Shown here one piece after another: positions 1 through 27,826 of a stretch of 64,000 bases of DNA. Location: NCBI RefSeq assembly GCF_037042905.1, contig NC_087245.1, positions 21,640,001 to 21,704,000 of the forward strand, written 5' to 3'. Numbering within the stretch: position 1 is the stretch's first letter; every line of letters begins with the position of its first letter. The DNA comes from Lytechinus pictus. Its lineage: Eukaryota. The translations under genes and the position numbers were made by a program. The notes beneath the pieces were generated by a model. That model had not been told where the DNA came from and searched no databases. It saw nothing but the letters and a program-made list of their open reading frames with translations.

Positions 1-641
1 ATTCTGAATTGTCAATTGTTGCCGAATTTCAAAATGTGAAAAGTGAAGAATGGAAATTTGTATTTTTGATTATTGAGCTGCATCTCTTCCATGTTGGCCA
101 AGGTAGGGATTGTAAGATCATATCAGATTTATTTGAATAAGCTTTTGGACATCAGTCAGTAACTCTATCCACTGTTCCATACTAATCTCGGCCATGGAAT
201 TGAAAGGTACTTTTGTAATTTGTCATTTTGTTTTGATTGGCTGCTGGTAATTTTACGTACAAAATTAATAGGAGGGACAAAATATAAACCTAATCTCAAA
301 TATTAACGAAATATATTCTTTAGTTCACGTTGTCTTCTTTATGATAAGATAATCAATTTTAATCAAACAGTAAAGCTAAGTAAGCGTTGATTATGCATTT
401 GTAAATAATTAATCATTAAGATTTTAATTCATTATCAAATCATCAGATGATATAAGATATTGTGATTGAGTGTCAGCGATAGCATCGTTATCGTGCTTAC
501 AAAATTTGGGAACAAGTTTTTGAAATTGTATTTTTATCTTCATGATTAGTAATCTCAATAATTAGCCACACAGTTAATTGATGATATCGAGTATAATTAT
601 TTCCAGTAAATAAACGATATGTCGTTGTGAATTTATTTCAG

Positions 642-15314
<14,673 letters not shown>

Positions 15315-15443
15315 TCAAGTGGACAGATGACAAATGTTGTTTAACTCTTGGTACGATTATATACCAAGTTGGGCCAATTCCCGTGTAACAGTCTATTAAG
15401 TGCTCATATTTCTCGTTATGAATTTAAGATATTGGAGAGGAAA

Positions 15444-16684
15444 TTAAAATACACTGGCGTGAATGGTGTGTCATATCCTGCTTCGTTGAAGATGTGGGGG
15501 AGGGGTGGTTTTTGCAAATACAGACCTACCTACCTGTAACTTCAAGTTAATGTACAATGAGTTCCTGATGACATAGCAAGTGAGGTCTTAAGATGTCTTT
15601 GTGAATCCTATATATCACAGGGTCCGGGAACCAAGAGGGGGGGGGCACTCACCCCCACTTTTTCAATGAACGGGCATGGTCAGCCCTAAACAATTTTGGC
15701 CCAGCCCCCTCCACTTTCAAGCAATATACATTATAAAAGGAAATATATCAAGATATCTTTATCAATAGGCCTATACACATTCCTTTATTTATCATCGGTA
15801 TTTCATTTTTAATGTATTGAAATTTTATTTAAAAACGATTTTTGTTCGGAACCCTTCTATTGAATATTCGATTTATCATGAGGCCTTAATCGTTCAATCA
15901 TGATCAATACTTTTTTCAAATTATGGATATTGCTTAAAGTTGTTTAAGTATATTTATATCATTGTATTTGAATATTCAGTATTATACTAATAATGAACAC
16001 TTCTTATGCTATCAATGCCTTTACTAATGGAGATTATTGGGCGAAGACTCCCGACAATGATGTGGTACAGGCCTTATATCATTGATCAAAGTCCCGTATC
16101 GAAATGAAACAAGAACAAAAAAAAAATGCTTTCCCTTGAGGAAAACATATAGATTTACATGGATTTAAAAATGAGGTAGGAGGCAGGCATGTTATATTGC
16201 CTACGTCAAAATTTCTTTTGGGATTCCCCGTGGGCTGATCGGTTGCGAAATGCGCAGTGAATATAGACCACTACCATGGAGCTATCAACAAATATCAACA
16301 TATAAAACATAAATAAACAAAAAATTGAAAATTAAAAAATTGGTTGATCTTTCTTTCAAAATATTAAGTAGTTAATTCAATATACATCCCAAATACTTTA
16401 CACCATTTTTTCGGACTGGCGTAAATCGCAGAGGATGGAAGGATTTATATCCCTCCCACTTTTCTGTTGGCTGTAATGAGATCATTTCTGAATTGTTTGA
16501 TTTCAGTAACTTTTAGATATGACTTTGATCACAAACCAATCAATACATCCTTAAAATACACTGGCGTGAATAGGGTGTCATATCCTGCTTTGTTGAAGCG
16601 GTGGGGGAGGGGTGGTTTTTGCAAATACAGGCCTATATACCTCTAACTTCAAGTTAATGTACAATGAGTTCCTGATGGCATAGC
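15444..16684 (+). repeat. About 135-bp direct repeat pair (15444-15577 and 16551-16684)
   Basis: ttaaaatacactggcgtgaat...gagttcctgatg(a/g)catagc occurs twice. Confidence 0.85.
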
Positions 16685-17748
16685 TCAAATAAATGCCATT
16701 TATAAAACACTTCGGGGGCAATATTTTCCATATCTTTACAATTCTGAAGGAGACTTGATAAAATCGGGTAACTTAACGTATACGAACATGGGAATTAGGC
16801 AAAGGAGTACCCGCTATCATTACCATAATATCATGAAAAGGGAGCTTTAATTTTTTTCATTCATATCACAGTAATCAGTCTTTATACTGTGCTTCACTGG
16901 GGGATATGCCCCCACACCAACATTTTCACGACCAAGATAAAAAAAGAGGAATAAACAGAACGGAAAAATCATGGTGAAATGTTTTTCTCAATGGTATGTT
17001 AAAACTTATCTTTGTACAAATTAATTTTGCTCCCTACGCCATGACTGGCCCCCTCAAAATTACCGCCTCATTACACTTCTGCTGAGAATAAGGAGAAGGG
17101 CATAATAGTCCATTATATGTGCTACATTGTGAAACTCAACTTGAAGCTCCATATAGGAATCCAATGATTCCTGCTATCAACAACATCTAGTCTTCATCAT
17201 GATCATCACCACCATTATATGAACTTCAATCATAAACCATCATCTCTAAATCCATCATCATCAGCAGCATCATAATAATCTACATGTTCATCGTTATCAT
17301 CCCCGCAGTCCTAAGTACATGTATAGTTTCTGCAGCTCCAATGCTGCATTATGAGGAGTTTATTAGGCCTATATCAGCTACCGTCGGGCACCCTCTATGA
17401 TTGAGCCATTTTGCTCCATTATTTTTACACCGAACACAAATAATTTTCATGGGTGAGATCGCTTTATTAATTTTTCAAGTATAGGGGTTCAAAGTATAAA
17501 TGATAGCTACATTATTTCTCCTTGAATTTTTCACGGCCAATGAGAATGAAGAAATTTAATGACATTATGGTGTCTATATGACCCATTGAGAGTTCATAAT
17601 ATATCATTAACTACTATATCATAAATGTTACTTTAAAATGATGTAACACAAATTCTTCTTGAGATTCAAAGGTCCTTTTTATCTTGATATCTTATATAGC
17701 TTACCATAAGGATTACGATAAATGAATGAACATGTTTGATATTTTTAA

Positions 17749-18336
17749 AGGTCAAGTCCACCTCAGAAAAATGTTGGTTTGAATCAATAGAGAAAAATCA
17801 GACAAGCACAATCCTGAAAATTTCATCAAAAAAGGATGTAAAATAAGAAAGTTATGACATTTCAAAGTTTCGCTTATTTCCAACAAAATAGTTATATGAA
17901 TGAGCCAGTAATGAGAGAGTCGATGATGTCACTCACTCACTATTTTTTTTTTGTTTTTTATTGTTTGAATTATACAATATTTCAATTTTTACGAATTTTA
18001 TGATTAGGACCTCCTTGCCTGAAGCACAAAATGTTAAAATAACGGAATTCCACTATTTCAGGGCGGAATGAAACTTCATTTCAAATGACAATGACGAGAA
18101 AATCAAAATATTTCATATTTCATATAATAAAATACAAAAGAAATAGTGAGTGAGTGATGTCATCAGTTTCCTCATTTGCATACCTACCGAGATGTGCATA
18201 TAACTGTTTTGTGAAATGAAGCGAAACTTTAAAATGTCATAACTTTCTTATTTTACATCCGATTTTGATGAAATTTTCAGTGTTATGCTTTTTGAATTTT
18301 TCTCTTTTTATTCAAATCAAGTTTTTGTTGGGGTGG
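17749..18336. mobile_element. Kolobok-like MITE, right tip eroded
   Basis: TTAA|aggtcaagtccacc...; colinear with 4292-4801. Confidence 0.8.
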
Positions 18337-18527
18337 CCCTCTGTATAAATTTGAATGTGATTTCCTATATGTCTTCTTATTACAATTGTAATTTTGCAGG
18401 CGTGAATGATTATGATTCTAATCTATTCATATAAATGAATAATGTAAAACTCATACTAGCCAAAACTGTACAGTAAGAAAGTATAAAGTCGGATAATTAT
18501 TCTGTATTACAATAGTTAACAGGTTAA

Positions 18528-18877
18528 AGAGGAGTTCGCCCTGATGAAAAGTTTATTGTTAAAATGATAATAAAATATTGATGAAGGTTTGGGAAAATCC
18601 ATCAAAGATGTAAAAAAATTATAATGTTATTGGAATTTTAATGTTTTCATACTTGTCGTCATAGACGCGCAGCTTTTTCATATATCGTGTGGTTAAAAAA
18701 ACGATAAAATATCTTATTCTTTTTTACAATGAGTCACATGTTCGTACGTGACGTCACAAATCATAAACTTCAAATTCTAATATCTTTTGAAATATTTGGT
18801 CCATTTCCCTCAACTCTTCACCAATATTTCATTCTGGTATATTTACAACAAACTTTTCTCCAGCGTTCAGTCCCCCT
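18528..18877. mobile_element. Kolobok-like MITE (TTAA TSD)
   Basis: TTAA|agaggagttc...tccccct|TTAA with imperfect long inverted arms. Confidence 0.65.
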
Positions 18878-19235
18878 TTAAGTCATATCATACTGAAAGA
18901 CGAGTATAGATCGTGATCACAAAATTATTTTTAAAAATAAAGAAAATGTTTAAAAAGTCTATGATGTTGAAATAAAAGGTGAAAAGTTTGTGGTACTGAT
19001 GATAATGACAATATAGTATAAAAGTCACGTACAGAGTTAGCATGGTTAGTGAGTTTTGATGTCGAAAATAGTAAAAGAATTGATTTCAGAGAGTGAAGAC
19101 AGTGGGGAATAAGCCGTTTTGATAAATGAATGGAGGTTGACTCAGAGATATGACGAGGTGTGTATTGTCACGTGTGAAGGTATTTTTAAATAAATCAATT
19201 TTCAGAATTTCAAGATAACATGAGACATCGTTACG

Positions 19236-19474
19236 CACTGTAAAAACTGTGGTGTTAAAACTGACACCAATTGGTGTTAATAGAGGACCGAACCCTGAGG
19301 TGTTAAAATAACACCCTAGAGATTGAACATAACACCAAAGAGTGTAAATGTAACAACCATAGGTGTTGTAATAACACCTATAGGTGTAAAACTAACACCA
19401 CAAATTTAACACCGGTGTAAAATAAGTGGTGTGGTCCTCTATGTACACCGGTTAACACCACAGTTTTTGCTGTG
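19236..19474. mobile_element. CACTG-type MITE with internal aacacc/ggtgtt repeats
   Basis: cactgtaaaaactgtggtgttaa / ttaacaccacagtttttgctgtg. Confidence 0.75.
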
Positions 19475-19786
19475 TGTAATTGTAGAACTAGAAGTAGACT
19501 TTGAGAGACTTTCATGAAGAGCATAATCTTCAAGATGAAATAATGGAAGTACAGATAGAGAAGGAAATATGAGAGGAAACAAAATTCAAATATTCGTAAA
19601 GAGTACAGTAATATAAGTTTGCGGAAAATGGTGAAACACAATTAAAGAGAAGAGTGACCAAATGATAATAATTAAAAAAAAATAACGTTGATTTTCGGGA
19701 GAGATAGGAGGGAAAGGGTGATGGGATAGTAAGTGAGAAAGAAAGAGAGAGAAAGACGGGAGATAGATAGAAGACAGGCAGTCATA

Positions 19787-20099
19787 CACTGTTTGAAAAA
19801 ACAGAAGATTTTACAGAAGAACAATTAAAAACATATTTTGCAGAAAGAAATTAGCAAATTATTCTGTAAATTTGTATAACAGGAAAGATTTCGACAATTT
19901 CTTTTACATTTTTTAAACAATTTTACAGAACAGGTCTGTTATTAAAAAAGTGAGAAAAGTTTTATTACAATAAATTTGTAAGGCTACATAAATCAAATAC
20001 CAATTTTCTGTCATTTTACACAAATGCATGTAAGATTGCAGGTGTTCTCGAGACTGCTGCAAGATTTTGTTTTTTCAAGTAAAAAAAAATCTAACAGTG
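19787..20099. mobile_element. TA-flanked MITE, inverted copy of 7573-7868
   Basis: TA|cactgtt...aacagtg|TA; shared core gtaagattgcaggtgttctcgagact. Confidence 0.8.
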
Positions 20100-21535
20100 T
20101 ATGGATACTGGGAGAACAGAAAATATCGAAAGATTATACAACCAACCACCCTTATCTTCGTCATTCGTCCCCTTCCGAATTTCGCAATGATTCTTCGTTT
20201 GCATTCTTTGTGGTTTTGACTGATCGCTATTAATGACATTAGATAGATCACAATACCCTATGAAAAGGAACAAGCTAGGTGCGTTTATCCGCCACTTTTT
20301 TACCCTAGAATCATGATCTGAATCATGATTCAAATCATGATTCTGCAGTATCACGATTGCGTTTAGTCGAAATTGAATATAATCATGATTAGAATCACAA
20401 ACATGAAACACGAAAAAAGGGGCGTTTGGAAAGACGTTTCTGCAGAATCACGTACGAAAATGTTCGAATAAACGATATCGTGATTACAATCATGATTCTA
20501 TGACGTCATTGTGTCGGGCTACTTTAGGTTTGACTCTTGCCAAGCTCAAGACGCGCTGTGCTCAGTGTAAATACATAATATGATATGCATGCATTCTGTG
20601 TTGGGCATCGCATCGTCCACTTCTTTTCATCTTTTTTTTGGTCATGTCTTCAACTTCAAGTGAACTAGTAAATGAACTAACTGAACAGACAATGATATCA
20701 ATTGTTGTTGAGTTAACAAGTGTCAATATGAAATTGGATCTAAGTACGCTACAATTTACATCCGAACACAATTTTCGATAAACCGACAAGAGGCATAATA
20801 AGTAAACAAATTGTGGTATAATAGACTGAATTCGGAAGGTACAGGATTGATTTTTCGAGAGCCAAAACACGTGCGAAAAAGTTGACCTAACTTCCTCTGT
20901 CAAACTGCGCACTGTGATGCGCACTGGATCGGTCCGAATCCGAGGAAAAACAGCTTTAAAATGAAGGTCGTCTGAACGCTGATTCTGTGGTATTGTGATT
21001 CATGTTTGTGTTTTGAATCATGTTAATTAAGAGCTGTAAAAAACTTCTATCCTTCACATGCACACACAGCAACAAAATAAACCCATCCCTGATCGTTGTT
21101 ATTGTAAGGTTAAAATCAATAAAACGACTGGGTATCTACTCTATGCCCACACGTCCAGTGAACACATGTACAGCACGCTTCGCATCACACATACACACAC
21201 GGAACACACAGACACCGCACTGTCTTAACTGACCAATCAGAGAACGGCTGAGAATGGAAACCCGTTGGTCGCTAGCCAGCAGTTTCATAAATGCTGATTT
21301 ATTTTTAAAATGAGCCGGTCGAGGTACCCTTTTCTGGTCAGATATGGAATGTCAGACATTTATCCTATCCACTGGTAGTAAACATTCAACCCTCGAATTT
21401 CCTCCTTATTTTTTATGAATTCTTTTTAAGTGCCACTTTAACACACGAGTCTATGGGAAATGAATTAGGCCTGTGAGCCCTAATACTCATGTGTGCCCTT
21501 GGCCCTTAATTGTCCTTGTCAGAGTTATTAATTGT

Positions 21536-21571
21536 CAAGGCCCTATATAAATATGTTTATATAGGGCCTTG
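21536..21571. mobile_element. 36-bp P-element-type excision footprint or micro-MITE
   Basis: caaggccctatataaa-tatg-tttatatagggccttg: perfect 16-bp arms flanked by perfect 8-bp TSD ttaattgt. Confidence 0.75.
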
Positions 21572-24500
21572 TTAATTGTGTGTTGCTGCCCTCTACGTTC
21601 GTTGGTTGAAACTGTGCAAAGGCATTTAATGGCGGACTCCGCTGGGTTATTTGACGTGTTGAGGAACAAATGAAAGAGCGGCGGCAGATTCAAATGAAGG
21701 TGATGTTAATGTAAGTTGTATTGAAAGTTGTTTTCCTTCTTAATCCAATGGTAATTTAGAGGTAAGCCCTTACTTATGACAAGGAATAAATGGTGGCATT
21801 ATCTAATGTGGTGTTTGTTTCTAAAATTTCTGCACGCCTAACCCAGTCCTAACCCACTCTAATAGTAATAAGCACCATGCACCAAGGCTATTAATTCCTG
21901 TGTTAAAAAAGTGAGTGCACGCGAATTAAATGTTGGACTTAAATTACTAGATCTTACCATGGAGCTCCATGACGAAATCTGTTCTTAAATTAGACTCTAG
22001 ATATTACTAAATTTAAAAAATGTATAAATAGTACTCGCCTGGTCTTTTCTTGGGGTATTGAAGCCTTTTTGTCCAGAACTTGCTCAACTTTTGCGGCAAA
22101 TTAATACTGGTTGTCACGTGACACGGCAATGTCGTTAGGCTGTTTGGCCTGTATTCAAGGCCAAGGCGTTCTATCCGTTATGATTTTATATTGAATGAAG
22201 CTAATTCCATTATGGTATAGGCCCCTATCAAGTCAAAATCGATACAGGGATCGAGAGGGGGGGGGGGGGGGTGGAGCAAAAAATTTCCCAGTCACATGGT
22301 ATGAAAATGATATTTTTTATGATTGTCCACGATCATTAGGGCAAACCCGTGTGTGGCAGTACGGTAGCGTGATGAGTAAAAAAAAAATAAAATAAAAGAA
22401 AGAAAGAGGGCCAATGTAGGCATACATGGCGCGTGGGAATAAAGTTGCTTTATATGTTCCAAGCGAGTGAAGCAAGCGAGAAAAAAACTTTTCGTGCAAA
22501 TCTAAATTTGAGATAGATATCTTAACTTACACTTTTCCTTTTCTTTTCATTAATTCCCTTCATTTCTTTTTTATCTTGGTTGTAGAACTTTCGGGGGCCC
22601 CTAGGCCTAACCCTTCCATCGTGTACCCCCAGTGCAATATCAGCAGGTGGGTCTCGATAACTCTGGATATTTAGCAATTAGACCTATTTATAGAAAAACA
22701 TAACATTAATGTTTTGACCCCTTCCCCCCCAAAAAAGGAAAAACAATTATAAACTAAGTTATATACATCCCCCTTTTCTCATTTCGCTTTTTATTTTCTC
22801 TATTCCCTCCTTATTTTTTTTTGGGGGGAGGGACCTTTTCGGGGGGCACCGCCCCTAGCTACGCGCCTACCAGATGAAGAGGCGAGCGAGCAAAACCTTT
22901 GTCACTTTTATTACAAATATCAATTTTGCAATAGATTTTGACATAACATTCGGAATTATTCTCGCATGCATTTTTCTTTCCTTTTGCTTTTTTATGGCCT
23001 TTTATTTCTCTTCCCTTTCTCTTTCTGTCTTTCTTTCTTTTCCTTCCTTCATTCCTTTTCTCTTATCCCGTTTTTTTTTTTGGTGAAATCCACTGGACCG
23101 GGGATCAAGGGCCAGCCTGCATGCCCCCGGCGGTTTACGCCTCTGCCGTGGATGTAAGCTATATATACGCATGATCTTAATCTTCATTATGATTCAAACT
23201 ATATAGAGGCGCATCCAAGATTTTCCAAATTAAGTAGGGGGGGGGGGCGGGGTGAATTTTCTCAATTAAAATTTGACAACTCCCAAAAAAGCTTCTTACT
23301 AAAAAAAAAAAAAACGGTCATTATATTGTCTCGCGTAAAGTTTGACAAGTTTAAAAAAAATGGTCACTCAAAATGAAAGTCATTTTGTCCGCGTAATATT
23401 CGGCAAGCCCCCTCCCCACAAAAATAAGAAAAGGGAAAGTCATTTTGTCCACGTGATATTTGGCAACCCCCCCCCAAAAAAAAAAAAAAAAAAAAAAAAA
23501 GGTTTTAACTATAGCAATGATCGAAGGTCATTTTGTCTCGCGTAAAATTTGACAATTTTTTTATAAAGTTGTCACTAAAAAGAAGGTCATTTTTTCCACC
23601 ATTGATTATATTTGGCAAGCCCCCAACCCCCACCCCCATAAAAAAAAGTTTGTCCCTAAAAGTGATGTATAGAAAGTCATATTGTTAATTTGTTCCCAGT
23701 AAAATTTTGAATTTGGCAATTAAAAAAAAAGGCAAAAAAGAGAAAAGAATATGAACGAAATATCCCCATTACAAATAATGCTGTACGTGATTCTCATGAG
23801 GGGGGGGGGGGCACATAACTAGTATTAATAACATATTTAATTCCAAAATGTTTACTATAAATCTCAAAAGGGGGAACGGGCAGAAATGCTCACCCCAACC
23901 CCCCCTCCCCCCCCCCCCCCCCCCGCCACTGATTCCAATCAATAATGACTTTTCTCTGCAATACTGATGCTTTGAAATCAAGATACTGAAGATTGATACG
24001 CTTAACATAAATTATGAACGTCTGACAAAAAGATAACCAACCGATCACCTGACCGATCAGCTGACCAGTACGCGTATCACTTCGGAGTTGATCACTCATC
24101 ACAGCTGTGTGGAACGCTCACCGAAAATCAACAAAAAGGGCCTGAAATGTAAGTTTAACAATAATCGATTTTAATTTCAACTATTTTTACAACTAAATAA
24201 AGGTTTGCCGTCCGAATGAAAGGTATATCGGATAACTCTAACTTGTATTAAGGTGTACATTTACCAAAGTCTTGGGTTGGAAATCAGAACAGCATTGTCC
24301 AACCCATAATTTGGGTAATGTCGCCTATGAGGTCCATACATGTTAATGTTTGGACCTCATTGGTACTAGGAGTGGTCCTAACCCAGTCCCAGGCAGGGAA
24401 CTCCCGCCCGCTGCGCGGGCGGGAGCCCAAGGCAAAGGCTTACTAATACTCTGACTAGCCAGGAGGCTTCTAGAGAGTAAAATCATTTACTAACGTAAGG

Positions 24501-25689
24501 TTACTCTCATACGAAGGCAAAGCCAGGTCTTCTATCTCATTGACCTAGCCTGGAGGCGTCTGGGGAGTAAAAATCATAGTACTATCAGACTATTCGTACG
24601 CTTACTCCCCAAACGCCTGGCCTGGCCTGGGTCGGCTATAATAATATATGCCTCACTGTAGAGTGTAGTAGACACTTCAGTCGGGCGGACGATCGCGCGG
24701 ACACAGCGCTAGACGTAGATTTTTGCATTGCAGTGAATGGCGAGCGCATATCTAACACACACAGTTCGCTCCGCTCGGCACTTTGGCCGAGCGCTGGAGT
24801 TGCATTCGGCATTGCTCGAAAAGACAGAGTCAGTTTCTTCCTTTATTCCGCTAATTTTGATTGGTAAAAAATTCCCGCGGTTGCTTCGTATATCTTCGGT
24901 AAACATCGGAAATATACAAGACGGAGTATCCATTACCTTCATGCGAGGGAAGGACCTAATATTCAGGTAGGGCCTAGGCCCTATTTATTTTTCTTTGCTT
25001 GAAATCACCTTCTTGTAATCATCGGATCCCTTGTACCTGTTTATTTTTCTTTGCTTGAAATCACCTTCTTGTAATCATCGGATCCCTTGTACCTGTTGTA
25101 TACTCGGTCAGTAATAAAATTGTATATTTGAGAACATTTTGTTAAATTCTAATCAAATTTGGTCCGTAGAGAGCCTGCGGATATGAGCTTCAGTTTTGAG
25201 TGTCATGAGGTGTTTGTGAATCTGACTCGGCCGATCGAGCAGGGTTGTTTTGAGCGTATACGAACAGCTGTGAGTGACGCCATCCCCACTGCGTTGGGCC
25301 TGAGATTAGTCTTGGTATTCAGACACAGTATGTTTCAGCCGTTGTATATTTTTTAAAATTACGATTTGAGCTCTGTTAATTATGAAAATCAAATTGTTAT
25401 TTTGAAAATAATTTTGTAGAATTCGTGTGAAATAAGTATTAAGAGCAAAACTGCAAGTAAACTTCAAGAATTTTGTTTGATAAGTGATTTTTTTGTTGGA
25501 ATGCGTCTGAATGTCTAGAATATGGTATTGTTAATGAAAGTCGTATTTTTGAATGGCACAGAAAGCTCCTTTCATGAATTTAATTTAGAAATAGGTTTAC
25601 ATACATGAGATGTGTTTCATGAATTTGATATCTGATTTATGGACCTTTGTTATGGTGTTAATTATTATTTTGAAGATATTATGAAAAAA

Positions 25690-27150
25690 TAAGAGAAGAC
25701 AATAATGAGGCAACAGTGATGATGAGACATTAATAATATGAGACAATAAATATTGAGACAATTATAATAATTATTATTACAATAATAATAATTAATATTA
25801 TTATCTAGCATCATGAATCTGGCTGGATGGTCAAGAGAAAAAAACTTCCAGCAATATTACAATAAACCTCTTGCTGATAATGGAGAAACTGAATTTTCGC
25901 AAGCAATTCTACAACAGTAGTAAAGTTAAAATAAGGTACTGTATTACAAGTGGTTTGTACATGTTCCATACTGTACATTGTATATCCTTTTGTATCTGCA
26001 CAAACATGTCTTTTTGCAGACAGTGCAACTCAAAATGTGTTCGCTGAGCTACAAAATCTCAATTAGTCTCCTCTCGAGACGAACGAAATAAAATTGAAAG
26101 CTCAAACGATAACTTACCAGTTTGAAGTTTGAGCTGAATTTTATGAGGGAGTTGAGTGAGGAGATTAATTGCCCTCCTCTCCCTCCCTCTGGAGAGAAAT
26201 TAATTCTAATAGTCTGTGGTGACTTAAAGCTAATGTTCGTTCGTATCAGCTGGATTATGGAAGCTGATATTTTAAGCAGCGATCACATTTTGATGCTCCG
26301 AAGAATGAGTGCGCACGTGCGAGGCGGGATCTCAATTAATCTCCTCACTCAACTCCCTCATAAAATTCAGCTCAAACTTCAAACTGGTAAGTTATCGTTT
26401 GAGCTTTCAATTATAATGATAACAATTATAATTATAATGATAATAATTATAATTGTAATAATTATTGAGACAATGTTAATGAGACATCAATTCTAGTATT
26501 TATTGACAATAATTATTACAGTAATCATTATTATAATAAGATAATTGTAATGATAACAATTATAATGATGTAATTTGAATTGTAATAATTACTGAGACAA
26601 TAATATTAATGAGATATCAATAATAATCATTATAATAATAATACTTATTTATAATTAAAATAAATATAATTGTATAAATAATTATAATTAAAGGCCTTAT
26701 AATTATTGAGACAATAATAACTATTATTACAATAATAATAATTATCATAAAATAATTATAATGATAACAATTATAATGAAAGTAATTGTACTTGTAATAA
26801 TTACTGAGACAGTAATATTGATAAGTCATCAATAATGATTATTATTATAAAAATTATTATAATTATAATTATAAAAATAATCATAATTATAATTAAAGGC
26901 CTTATAATTATTGAGACAATAATAATTATTATTATGAAATAATTATAACAATAATTACTATAATGATAGTAATTATAATTGTAATAATTATTTAGAAAAT
27001 AATATTAATGAAACAAAAATAATTATCATGATAATAATAATTATAATAATAACTGGGACAATAATGAAACGATGATGAGACAATAATAATATCAACAATT
27101 TTATTGAGACCACAATAACAAGACAATAATGAGATAATAGACAATTGAAA
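25690..27150. repeat. AT-rich low-complexity tract / minisatellite (ATA/ATT with tgagacaata units)
   Basis: Directly visible; interrupted by the DIRS remnant. Confidence 0.85.
25801..26412 (+). mobile_element. 3' end of a DIRS-like tyrosine-recombinase retrotransposon (YR C-terminus, ICR and right terminal repeat)
   Basis: 25801-25920 encodes LSSIMNLAGWSREKNFQQYYNKPLADNGETEFSQAILQQ*, matching the DIRS YR AGWxxxxTFxxFYxKP motif. It is followed by a perfect 80-bp inverted repeat, 26092-26171 / 26333-26412. Confidence 0.75.
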
Positions 27151-27826
27151 TCAATCTGTTTTTATTTTTTGATAGAAATCCTAAGATTATTATTTTAATT
27201 CTCTTTCTTTGATTACAAATAATATTCATTGAAAACTTATAATTTCTAATGTTCAAGCAAAGAAAATCAATATCAAGTCATGTTTACCCTGTGCACAAAC
27301 CTACCACAGGGCAATTACCCCCGAAACAGGGTTAGGTTAGGTTAGGTGTAGATTTTTGGATAGGGGTACAGACTACAGTGTAGTTGTCCGGGGGGGGGGG
27401 GTAATTGTCCAGGGTGGGGGTGGGGGAGGGGAATTGTCTGGGGGTGGGGGTGGGGGGTTATCGTCCAGGGGTAGTTGCCCTTGAACCAAAGAAATCATAT
27501 GCCAATATGTCAAATCAATCTGAGTACTTTAAGATTTAAATAAAAAGCTTGTACAATTCCCCATAAGCTATGTATTATAAATGTGCCATGCCCAAAACAA
27601 AGAGAATAATAAGATTACGCAATCTTCTTTTGTCCACAAAAAGCACTGTTTTTTCATCACAAAGATGACAATAACTTGACTTCTAGATATCGGAATTTGA
27701 AAATTCAAACAGTTTTGTGAATCGTAGATATTGAGCCTCATTGTGAGCCTATCAAATATGCTGGAACAGCCTTTCCTCATTTTCACCTGAAGTGCCTAAC
27801 TGTAGTGTAGTAGAGGCGAGTAGGCC

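Larger units (their letters stand above)
24671..27796. mobile_element. 3.1-kb non-autonomous TIR element (Harbinger-like short TIR)
   Basis: G(A/G)CACTTCAG inverted termini; flanked by duplicated ctgtag(ag)tgtagta. Confidence 0.55.

Noticed and set aside
1..102. Upstream Mfn-like exon ending MLAK|gtaggg
   Set aside because: The donor and phase fit, but the frame has stops at 37 and 67 and there is no clear acceptor; boundaries cannot be supported.
24397..24428. GC hairpin as a Helitron 3' end or terminator
   Set aside because: No properly spaced CTRR end or U-tract; lies among other repeat fragments.
26122..26832. ORFs of 124 aa and 71 aa
   Set aside because: They run through the DIRS terminal hairpin and ATA/ATT low-complexity DNA; compositional artefacts.
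27329..27346. Telomere-like TTAGG repeats
   Set aside because: Only about three units, inside a small repeat element.
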